Part shown: positions 46,709-54,367 of the stretch, in pieces | Position numbering within the stretch: the first letter of the stretch is position 1 | Layout: every line of letters begins with the position of its first letter | DNA from: an uncultured Candidatus Poseidoniales archaeon | GTDB taxonomy: Archaea > Thermoplasmatota > Poseidoniia > Poseidoniales > Thalassarchaeaceae | NCBI GenBank assembly: GCA_964585295.1 | Contig: CAZPCY010000004.1 | Location: 1,674 to 65,673 of the forward strand | Length of the DNA stretch: 64,000 nucleotides | Direction: 5' to 3' | Made by a program: the position numbers and the translations under genes | The notes under the pieces: model-generated | Told to the model about the DNA's origin: nothing | The model's input: only the letters and a program-made list of their open reading frames with translations | The model's database searches: none

Positions 46709-47667
46709 TGAACGATGTGCGTGATGGCAGACCCTGATGGGTCGGAAGCGATGGGCGGTGATTCTCCGAGCGCTTCGAAGAGTAATCGTCCAGCCCGGTA
46801 GGATGAGCGGACAAGCGGTCCAGAAGCGACCGCAAGGAATCCCGCTTCGCGTGCCTCGGCATCCCAGTCAGCGAATCTATTCGGCTGTGGAAATCGATCG
46901 ATAGGAAGATGTCTGTCGGAAGGTTGCAGGTACTGTCCTATGGTGAGGATGTCGACCCCCGCACCTCGAAGCCGTTCGATAGCATCCGATACTTCCTCAT
47001 CGGTCTCACCAACTCCGACCATCAAGCTCGACTTAGTCATCAGGTCAGGTCGCAGTCTCTTGGCCTCGAGCAGAATCAAGATTGATTGATCGAAGGAAGC
47101 GCGGGCGTCGCGGACAATCTTATCCAATCGAGGCACGCATTCCACATTGTGTGCGAATACTTGGATCGGCAAATCAGCGAGGAGATTAGCCAGCGCCTCC
47201 ATGTTCCCATCGAGGTCCGAGCACAGGAACTCGAGATTGACGGATGGAACCCGATCGTGGACGGCCAGCAGGCATGATCTGTAGTGTGATGCACCACCGT
47301 CGTCTAGGTCATCCCTGTTGACGCAGGTCACGACAGCGTGGTCGAGCCCCATCGATTCGACCGTAGCAGCCAATCTGTCCGGCTCCTCTGGATCCAGTGG
47401 TGGTGGTTCTCGAATGGTTCCGACCGCACAGAATCTGCATCCACGTGTGCAGGTTTCTCCTGCGACCATGAAGGTCGCAGTTCCCCGACCCCAACAATCG
47501 TGTATGTTCGGACAACGCGCCTCTTGGCATACCGTGTGCAAGGAGCCGTCCAGAACGGCATCTCTCGTGGAGTTGAATCGAGTCTGTCCGGCTCCGGTAG
47601 GGAGTCGGGTCCTGAACCATCTAGGCAATCGTTTTCGTTGCCCACGGCGGCGGTCCACGGCCGACAT
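46705..47667 (-). CDS. lipA: Lipoyl synthase (radical SAM).
   Basis: It has the N-terminal cluster CQEARCPNIHDCW and the radical SAM motif CTRGCRFCAV. The start is uncertain: Met80 at 47667 or Met54 at 47745 of the ORF-track ORF. Confidence 0.8.
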   Translation of the reverse strand: MSAVDRRRGQRKRLPRWFRTRLPTGAGQTRFNSTRDAVLDGSLHTVCQEARCPNIHDCWGRGTATFMVAGETCTRGCRFCAVGTIREPPPLDPEEPDRLAATVESMGLDHAVVTCVNRDDLDDGGASHYRSCLLAVHDRVPSVNLEFLCSDLDGNMEALANLLADLPIQVFAHNVECVPRLDKIVRDARASFDQSILILLEAKRLRPDLMTKSSLMVGVGETDEEVSDAIERLRGAGVDILTIGQYLQPSDRHLPIDRFPQPNRFADWDAEAREAGFLAVASGPLVRSSYRAGRLLFEALGESPPIASDPSGSAITHIVQ

Positions 47668-47884
47668 CCTCGCGCTGCCACCGCAGCCACCAGAGTTCGC
47701 CTCATCTGGTTCATGGATGATTGGAAGACGCCTTTCATCCTCCATCGCGACTGCCCCCCCTAGCAGGTCTCGGAGCCTGCCGGATATACGTTCGCTCAAA
47801 CTCGCCCCTGGTCTCCGGATGCCAGAAAGAGCCAGACATGGGTTCTCCGGCACCCTGAAGTCGCATAGTCCTACTCGACCACCG

Positions 47885-48682
47885 ATGCCGGCGGCAATCA
47901 TCACCGGAGCATCCCGCAGAATAGGGCGGGCTATCGCCCTCCGTCTCGCGGACGACGGCTACGATCTCATTGTTCATCATCGATCGTCCGCAGATGCAGC
48001 CGATGATGTCGCAACTGTTGCGCGTTCCTTAGGAGTGGAGAGCGCTGTCGTCTCCTGCGATTTGACCGATCTAGGTTCCGCCGAGAAACTGGTAGGAGCT
48101 GCCTTCGAGAAGTTCGGTAGTGTGGGTGCCTTGGTCAACAGTGCCTCCATGTTCGAAGCAGACGATTGGCAAGACGTCACCATCGAGATGATGCAGGCCC
48201 ACATGGCAGTGAATGTCTTCGCACCTCTGGATCTCAGCAGGGCCGTAGCCTCAGCCGCGTCCAAATCAGACGCCGACCCAGGATCTGTGAGCATCGTCAA
48301 CATCCTAGATCAGAAACTAATCAATCCGAACCCCGACCACATCTCATACACGATGTCCAAGAGCGCTCTAGAGGTACAGACTAGGATGCTCGCTCGAGCC
48401 TTGGCACCCATTGTTCGAGTAAATGCAGTCTCACCCGGTCACACCGCACCCTCACCCCGTCAGTCGGAGGAGTCGTTCCAACGCGCACAGTCCTCATCCC
48501 CACTCGGTTTCGGTCCATCTCCTGGCGACATAGCGGACGCGGTCTCGTTTCTCTGCCACACCCGTTCTGTGACCGGCCAGATACTGACGGTCGATGCCGG
48601 AGAGCACATGCTCTCAAGATTACGAGACGTTGAGTATGAATGGCATGGGTCAGGATTGATAGAGCGAACTCCATCGGAGTGA
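47885..48682 (+). CDS. Short-chain dehydrogenase/reductase, pteridine reductase / FolM-like.
   Basis: The Rossmann motif is ITGASRRIGRAIA and the catalytic site is Y-x-x-x-K (YTMSK). The HHRSS...D pattern resembles PTR1/FolM. The ORF-track N-terminal extension (47318-47884) is antisense to lipA and was trimmed. Confidence 0.55.
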   Translation: MPAAIITGASRRIGRAIALRLADDGYDLIVHHRSSADAADDVATVARSLGVESAVVSCDLTDLGSAEKLVGAAFEKFGSVGALVNSASMFEADDWQDVTIEMMQAHMAVNVFAPLDLSRAVASAASKSDADPGSVSIVNILDQKLINPNPDHISYTMSKSALEVQTRMLARALAPIVRVNAVSPGHTAPSPRQSEESFQRAQSSSPLGFGPSPGDIADAVSFLCHTRSVTGQILTVDAGEHMLSRLRDVEYEWHGSGLIERTPSE

Positions 48683-48684
48683 CT

Positions 48685-49098
48685 ATGCAAGAGAGCGCAT
48701 TGATGGTTCTTCTCCGAGAGCGCGGGACGGGCTTCACTACGCTGTTCGTCGAGGGCCTCGTGAAGAGAGCTGACATCGGTGTCCTCGACCATGAAAGAGG
48801 CGTCCTTCAACGGCTGCGATTCGATGTCGAGGTGCACATCAAGGGCGCCTCGGCCCCGGTAGAGGATCGAATCGATGCAGTGTTGGACTACGATTCTATT
48901 GAGGCATCGATTGATCGGCTACTTTCAGGTCCTCGCAGCGAGTTACTGGAAACCCTGTGTAGCCACTTGCTCGACTCATTGCTCTCATCACCTGAGGTCA
49001 CTGCTGCATCGGTATCCATTGCCAAGATGGATGTCTTGGATGGTGACGCATCTGTCGGCTGTCGTATGACCCGCTTCGTCGATCATGTGACGGTCTAG
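48685..49098 (+). CDS. Dihydroneopterin aldolase-like (FolB family) protein.
   Basis: It is about 138 aa. The pattern ...LFVEGLVKRADIGVLDHERGVLQRLRFDVEV...DRIDAVLDYDSI is consistent with the tunnel-fold FolB family. The gene starts 3 nt after the SDR stop. Confidence 0.45.
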   Translation: MQESALMVLLRERGTGFTTLFVEGLVKRADIGVLDHERGVLQRLRFDVEVHIKGASAPVEDRIDAVLDYDSIEASIDRLLSGPRSELLETLCSHLLDSLLSSPEVTAASVSIAKMDVLDGDASVGCRMTRFVDHVTV

Positions 49099-49145
49099 CA
49101 TGACCGCCCATCGACATATATCCTTGACCCATCCTCGCAGGTGTC

Positions 49146-50102
49146 ATGGTGTGGCGAGTCGCACATGATTTCGATCCGTCCCGACCCATCTCCGGTGGGA
49201 GATTCGGCCGGACTTCAGTCCACAGTTCTCTGGAATTCGAGATCTCGGGCGGACATCTGCGAGCCCATCTTGGACCTGCGACCGCAGAGTGGCCTCTCTC
49301 CTCCCTCGCTGCCGTTCATGTCGAAGAAGTGGGGACAAGATTCCCACCTATGTGGTCGATTTGGATTGATCAGGAGAGCCGTTCCTTCGAATTGATGCGA
49401 ACCACGGATCAGATTGACGCGCTCATACTAGGGGAAAGGATCGCAGCCCACGCTGGCGTCCGTTTCGCAGAGCACACTGGACGAGAGGTCGAAGCGGACG
49501 AGCATGGATTGAGCGTCATCCAGCAGATTGCCCGATATCCAGATCGCTGGGATCGTCCACCAAGGACCGAATCGATGCGCGGTAGGGTCGTCGCGAACGA
49601 AGATTCTGTGATTGCACATCTGCCATCCGAGTTGCAGACATCCTCCTTCGTTCTTCTCGGACTGGCTATCGTCTTGGCAATCGCGAGCGGTCCATTGAGT
49701 TACCTAGCTTTCTTTGTCACTCAGCCCGTCCTTGGTATGATCCAACTCTTCTGGATGCCTCTTCTCTCCTTGTTCGTAGTCATACTTTCCGCGGCATGGT
49801 TGAATCAGTTGCATCATAGTGTTGAGTCGAAGCACCGTTTGGTCATTTCGAAGAATGGGGTGGAACTGCGTGGTGCTCTCTTCGGTATACTTCCGATTCC
49901 CGGCACGGTGGTTCATCTCTCCGAACTACGAGACATCGATGCCACCGAACGACGAGGATTGACGATACTCCTAGGTGACCGCCGATTCAACTGCAGCATG
50001 GATGTGCTAGAGGCGGAATGCCTCATCGGAGAGATTGCCAGCTCTCTGGAGGACATCGGAGCCATCCCCCGGCAGATGGCCGCGCCTCCGGAAGAGGAGT
50101 GA
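49146..50102 (+). CDS. Hypothetical protein with a soluble N-terminal domain and 3-4 TM helices.
   Basis: Hydrophobic helices are FVLLGLAIVLAIASGPLSYLAFFV and LFWMPLLSLFVVILSAAW. No family could be assigned. Confidence 0.35.
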   Translation: MVWRVAHDFDPSRPISGGRFGRTSVHSSLEFEISGGHLRAHLGPATAEWPLSSLAAVHVEEVGTRFPPMWSIWIDQESRSFELMRTTDQIDALILGERIAAHAGVRFAEHTGREVEADEHGLSVIQQIARYPDRWDRPPRTESMRGRVVANEDSVIAHLPSELQTSSFVLLGLAIVLAIASGPLSYLAFFVTQPVLGMIQLFWMPLLSLFVVILSAAWLNQLHHSVESKHRLVISKNGVELRGALFGILPIPGTVVHLSELRDIDATERRGLTILLGDRRFNCSMDVLEAECLIGEIASSLEDIGAIPRQMAAPPEEE

Positions 50103-50225
50103 GCCGACCATTTCCTTTCCTAGGGGCCCGGCCGATGTGGGAGAGGAGGAATTCCAAGGTGGCCTCATTCCAAACTCGATAGAGAACGGCATCTTGAGCC
50201 CATCAGCAGCCCTATGCGAAGGTGG

Positions 50226-50309
50226 TGCGGGGAGAGGGATTCGAACCCTCGAACGCTGTTTGCGCCCGGAGCTTAAATCCGGTGCCTTTGACCGCTCGGC
50301 AATCCCCGC
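50226..50309 (-). tRNA. tRNA-Leu (anticodon UAA), type II with a long variable arm.
   Basis: The reverse complement reads GCGGGGA-TT-GCCGAGCGGTCAAAGGC-A-CCGGA-TTTAAGC-TCCGG-(variable arm GCGCAAACAGCGTTC)-GAGGGTTCGAATCCCTC-TCCCCGC-A. The genomically encoded CCA is at 50223-50225. It has the classic Leu/Ser D-arm, a 7-bp acceptor stem and a T-loop of TTCGAAT. Confidence 0.8.
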
Positions 50310-50332
50310 GAGCCGCCATCGTGCGCCGGGCA

Positions 50333-50340
50333 ATGAATAC
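50333..50340 (-). promoter_or_regulatory. Candidate archaeal TATA box (TATTCATT) for tRNA-Leu.
   Basis: This AT-rich octamer is centred about 27 nt upstream of the tRNA 5' end on the minus strand, in otherwise GC-rich sequence. Confidence 0.3.
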
Positions 50341-50409
50341 TGCCCCGAGCGCGGCTTCACTTGCTCACGATTCACAAACGGTAAAACGAGGTTGTCGTCA
50401 CCCACTACC

Positions 50410-53400
50410 GTGCTATCCCCTCAAGTCGGCGGCGGACGGGCGTCCTATGGACGCCATTGGGCGGCTCTGTTCGTCCTCACCATGCTGCTTGCTTCGTGGT
50501 CCGGAGCCTCTGGCCAGATGTCTCCAATGGAGGGGCATCAAGGATCTCTCGATGCTGATTCTACCCGACTGAGCACCTCGTCGCAGTCCTTCCACGACTA
50601 CACGCTCTTCTTAGCCAGATCAAATGGCTCGGCTGGAGGTGATGGTTTCATCACCACCAAGGTGCCCTCCAGTGGCGGCCAAGAAGAGGAACAGGCGGGA
50701 GACACGGATGTGATATTCCGATCACCTGCGATGCTCGAGGATCTGACGATCAAAGGACGCGCGAAGCATGGTTCTTCATCGACCTACTACCTTCCGAGTA
50801 CGTTGTTCATCAAGGCAACCGGTCCAACCAATGCGACTGCCGATTGGAAGATTACCCTGCTGAATGACGGCGACATCGTCGCCGAGGACGATTGGAACAC
50901 TGTCGTCTGTACACCAACCTTCCTCGAACCTTGCGGCTTCGACGAACGTTCGTTTAAGTTGGAGTGGAATGGCCCGGGAGCTAACGGCGACCGGTTCAAT
51001 GTCAGCAAAGGAAACCAGTTGGTTTTGGAGGTCCGTGCCGACCTCGATTGTTCTTCAAACCAACCAGGAGGGCCGTCCGATGCTAGTGGGACAGAGGGGC
51101 GGCAATTCGGTCAACCCGAGTGCGCGGCTTGGATTGCGTACAATGAGATCGATGGAGCAAGCGACCGTTATTCGTTCATCGATGTAGAATCGAATGCTCT
51201 CAAGGAGAGCCTCATTCTTGTGCAGAGATCCGGAGCGGGACCTGGGGAGGATGTCCCCATCACCGAGTGGTTCCCCAATGATGTCCTCTCAGCAAGGACG
51301 ATGCAGTTCCGTTTCCACGTAACCTCATCGTTCGGTAGATTCGATGTCGACACGGTGAAACTGACTGTGATCTCTCCGTCTGGAAGCAAGGACGTCGATC
51401 AGGAGATTGACGGACAGTTGGATGGGGTGGAGGACAATCATTGGGGCATAATCGGTACACATCAGTGGACATACCCGGGGGGTGTCGAATCGGGTGAATA
51501 CGTGGTCCGGTTGGAGGTCACCGATATCCAGGGCAACGTGATCGTGATTGACCATCCGAATCTCCAGATGAGGAGATTCGGTGTCGCTCTCCGTCATGGT
51601 GATGATCGGAGCGTCGAGTATGTCGCTCCTGATCAGCAGACTTCGATTCCGTTGCAACTGCAACACCGAGGCTCAGTTTCCGAATCGGTTGAGGTCGAAT
51701 TGAGGTTGTTGACCTCTCTTGGAAGCGCTTGGTTCAATGAGTTCGATCGAGATGATGGTTACACCTTGGAACGAGGTGGCGCAGTGATGAACCCGATTCT
51801 CACTCTCAGGGCTCCAAGTGACCTCACTGGTTCACCCAACGCAATAGAGATCAAGGCGACCGCTACCGCCATGATTGAGAACATCCCGACCGTTGTCCAT
51901 GAGGATGTCCTCTATCTATCGTTAGAGAAGATCGATGTCTATGCACCCCCAATGGTCAGCATCTGGAACGGCAATCACAGTGAGCAGTACGCGAACAGCA
52001 GCCGCCCGGACGCTTTCGATACCAGCATCCCGAGATACGTGGAGGATGGCGAATTCACAACCTTCCTAATCGAGATCTTCAACACCGGATTCGACAGTGA
52101 CACATTCCGGATAGATGTCCTTGAGAGATCGAAGGCAATCGTGCAGTTGTACGACAACGACACCAACCAGAGAATCCTCGAAGATGAGGGGGACGGGACT
52201 TTCCATACCGCGGAGTTGTCCCGACATACCACAGATGTCTTCAGGTTGCAGATCAAGCCCTCTGCCAATCGAGAGGATGGCGATACCGGTGTCGTACGGC
52301 TTCAAGTCATGAGCAGTGGCAACGGTAGCCACGCCAGCACCACGGAATTCACAGTGCAGCGAACCTTCGGTGTGCGTGCAGTCGTAGTACATGACTGCGA
52401 CGGCGTCCCTCTTGGGTCCGTAAGTGAGGCTGCCTGCATCGTGGATGCAGATGATTCGATTGGGATGCGAATCAAGGTCACGAACAGCGCCACTGCGGGG
52501 ACCGCTTCGACTTGGTGGCGCTTAATCAATCCAGCCGACTTGCCTGAGAATGCAGCCACCGACCCCGCTCTAGTCCAATGGGAATACCGTATAACCGATG
52601 CAGATGGCGATGGGATCGGCCGAGTCTCACTCGCCCCCCAGGAATCGACTGAGGTGATGCTGGACATCTCGCCGAAGCAGGAGATAGAGGTGGGTAATCA
52701 CACCATCCTCCTTAGAATTGAAGAGGACACCACAGACGAAGACAAGGCATACTTCGACCTACCAATCATCGTACAAGTGTCGGCCGATGATCCATCCTTG
52801 CGTGTGGTCCAGGTGTCGAGATCCGAGTCACTCCGGCCCGGTGAGACTCGGGAGGTACAGATGAAGGTGCACAATGATGGCAACTCCCCCTTGCTGGTCC
52901 TCCTCACCGCAACGGTCGAACAGTCAAACTGGGATGCTGATGTGATTGGACCCTCAGGCTCTCCTCTGATTGAGATCGGGCCGTTTGAGGAGGCGGCCTT
53001 CACCCTCCGAATAACCGCGCCAGCGGATGCCAATTCCGGCACCGAGGTTCCAGTGCGCATTGAAGCCGAGCCCTACGGTACCAACACTTCGTTTGAGGAG
53101 GATGATACCGCGATCTTAGATGTCAGTGTGAAGATCGAGATTACCGGCATATCGGAGCGACTGATGAATGAGGTCAAGCATCCGAGGGTGACCACGGTCC
53201 TGTTCGGCATTGGAGCCCTCCTGTTGCTTGTGGCCGCCATGCAGAATCGGGTCAATCGCCGCCGTTGGGCAGAGCACACGGCGGCTCAGGAAGAGTGGTA
53301 CGAGGATGAGGAAATCGAGGAATTCAAGGTTCGGGACGACCCACTGCCTGATCCTATCGGAGAAGAGGATACGGACGATGACGACATTGAGTTAATCGAA

Positions 53401-53424
53401 CTGGTCGACGAAGACACTGATTAG
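50410..53424 (+). CDS. Large secreted surface protein (about 1000 aa). It has CARDB/NEW3-like beta-sandwich repeats, a C-terminal TM anchor and an acidic cytoplasmic tail.
   Basis: The proposed GTG start at 50410 gives a signal peptide: basic residues, then AALFVLTMLLASWSGASG, then Q. It carries many N-x-S/T sequons. CARDB-like segments include ESTEVMLDISPKQEIEVGNHTILLRIEED and GETREVQMKVHNDGNSPLLVLLTA. The TM helix is VTTVLFGIGALLLLVAAM, followed by RRRW and an Asp/Glu-rich tail. The ORF-track start at 50035 runs through the tRNA gene and was rejected. Confidence 0.5.
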   Translation: MLSPQVGGGRASYGRHWAALFVLTMLLASWSGASGQMSPMEGHQGSLDADSTRLSTSSQSFHDYTLFLARSNGSAGGDGFITTKVPSSGGQEEEQAGDTDVIFRSPAMLEDLTIKGRAKHGSSSTYYLPSTLFIKATGPTNATADWKITLLNDGDIVAEDDWNTVVCTPTFLEPCGFDERSFKLEWNGPGANGDRFNVSKGNQLVLEVRADLDCSSNQPGGPSDASGTEGRQFGQPECAAWIAYNEIDGASDRYSFIDVESNALKESLILVQRSGAGPGEDVPITEWFPNDVLSARTMQFRFHVTSSFGRFDVDTVKLTVISPSGSKDVDQEIDGQLDGVEDNHWGIIGTHQWTYPGGVESGEYVVRLEVTDIQGNVIVIDHPNLQMRRFGVALRHGDDRSVEYVAPDQQTSIPLQLQHRGSVSESVEVELRLLTSLGSAWFNEFDRDDGYTLERGGAVMNPILTLRAPSDLTGSPNAIEIKATATAMIENIPTVVHEDVLYLSLEKIDVYAPPMVSIWNGNHSEQYANSSRPDAFDTSIPRYVEDGEFTTFLIEIFNTGFDSDTFRIDVLERSKAIVQLYDNDTNQRILEDEGDGTFHTAELSRHTTDVFRLQIKPSANREDGDTGVVRLQVMSSGNGSHASTTEFTVQRTFGVRAVVVHDCDGVPLGSVSEAACIVDADDSIGMRIKVTNSATAGTASTWWRLINPADLPENAATDPALVQWEYRITDADGDGIGRVSLAPQESTEVMLDISPKQEIEVGNHTILLRIEEDTTDEDKAYFDLPIIVQVSADDPSLRVVQVSRSESLRPGETREVQMKVHNDGNSPLLVLLTATVEQSNWDADVIGPSGSPLIEIGPFEEAAFTLRITAPADANSGTEVPVRIEAEPYGTNTSFEEDDTAILDVSVKIEITGISERLMNEVKHPRVTTVLFGIGALLLLVAAMQNRVNRRRWAEHTAAQEEWYEDEEIEEFKVRDDPLPDPIGEEDTDDDDIELIELVDEDTD

Positions 53425-54347
53425 AAGTCGTCCCACGCCATTCCAGACCTCAGCTTGGGTCCTGTGTCGCCCCTAGCGGCCTCCCTACTTGCCATTCTTC
53501 TCAGATCGGCATTTTCCTCTTCCTTGAACAATCCCCGCAAAGTGTTCCAAGAAATCGTCAAGGCGAACCAGCCAATCACGATGGTCGGGAACCATAGGAT
53601 CACCCAATCTGGTACCTCCACATCGGCTGCCGGTTCGTCCGAATCATCACCGGCCTCGAGATCGATTCGATCTTCTAGCCCCTCGAGGAAGGCGGTTTGA
53701 TTGGTCATCACTATGACCGCCCAAGCCAAGACTAGGAGCGCACCAATCAGATACTTACCCCTTCTAATCCACTTCGGGTCCGGATAGGGAGAATCCACCC
53801 ATATCAGCTCGATCTCACGGATTTTCTCTGATTTCTTGTGCAGCTTCAGTACGGTTCTGCGTCGCACATTGCTTAGCATCCTAGCCTCATCTCCGGCGGA
53901 CCAGAGGAAGACATCGAATCGCTTGTTTCGGTGGTTGGTACCGACCGCGACCATGCGAGGTTGCTCTGCGATCATGGGCTTGCCTCCTAGGAATCCCCAC
54001 TTGTGGATTCTAACTATGGCCCCGTGTTCATTCAGAGCAACCCTACTAGAACGTCTGCTATACTTCCAGGCAGCGGCCCACATCAAAGGACCGGCAGCAA
54101 TGTACTGGCCAGCCTCAACCTCTTCGGAGAAGCCGAATATGTAGGCTTGGATGCCGGCGACAACCAGCATGATTCCAACAGGGAATCCAAGCAGTGCCAA
54201 GCGAGCCTCAAGGACCGTGCTTCCAATCCGCTTGGCTCCTTTCCTCTGCTGCTTGGAGGCAACACGCACTCCTACTCCCAAATCGTGGTTCAACTTCAAT
54301 CCTGTGCTGTATCGCAGCCCTATGAAAGCGCCTCCTATGGCCATCAA
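53421..54347 (-). CDS. Hypothetical membrane protein with a PH-like (bPH/DUF304-type) segment.
   Basis: It has two N-terminal TM helices. A soluble domain (VALNEHGAIVRIHKWGFLGGKPMIAEQPRMVAVG...FDVFLWS) is followed by two more TM helices and an acidic C-terminus. Confidence 0.35.
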   Translation of the reverse strand: MMAIGGAFIGLRYSTGLKLNHDLGVGVRVASKQQRKGAKRIGSTVLEARLALLGFPVGIMLVVAGIQAYIFGFSEEVEAGQYIAAGPLMWAAAWKYSRRSSRVALNEHGAIVRIHKWGFLGGKPMIAEQPRMVAVGTNHRNKRFDVFLWSAGDEARMLSNVRRRTVLKLHKKSEKIREIELIWVDSPYPDPKWIRRGKYLIGALLVLAWAVIVMTNQTAFLEGLEDRIDLEAGDDSDEPAADVEVPDWVILWFPTIVIGWFALTISWNTLRGLFKEEENADLRRMASREAARGDTGPKLRSGMAWDDF

Positions 54348-54367
54348 TCCAATCGCCTAGATTCGCA

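Noticed and set aside
47318-47884. N-terminal extension of the SDR ORF (454 aa in the ORF track).
   Set aside because: It is antisense to lipA. The SDR Rossmann motif starts right after the Met at 47885.
50007-50595. Four ORFs overlapping the tRNA-Leu gene: 50007-50405 minus, 50035.. plus, 50222-50572 plus and 50413-50595 minus.
   Set aside because: They run through a well-formed tRNA gene and its promoter, and their products have no features. The real downstream CDS most plausibly begins at the GTG at 50410, which gives a signal peptide.
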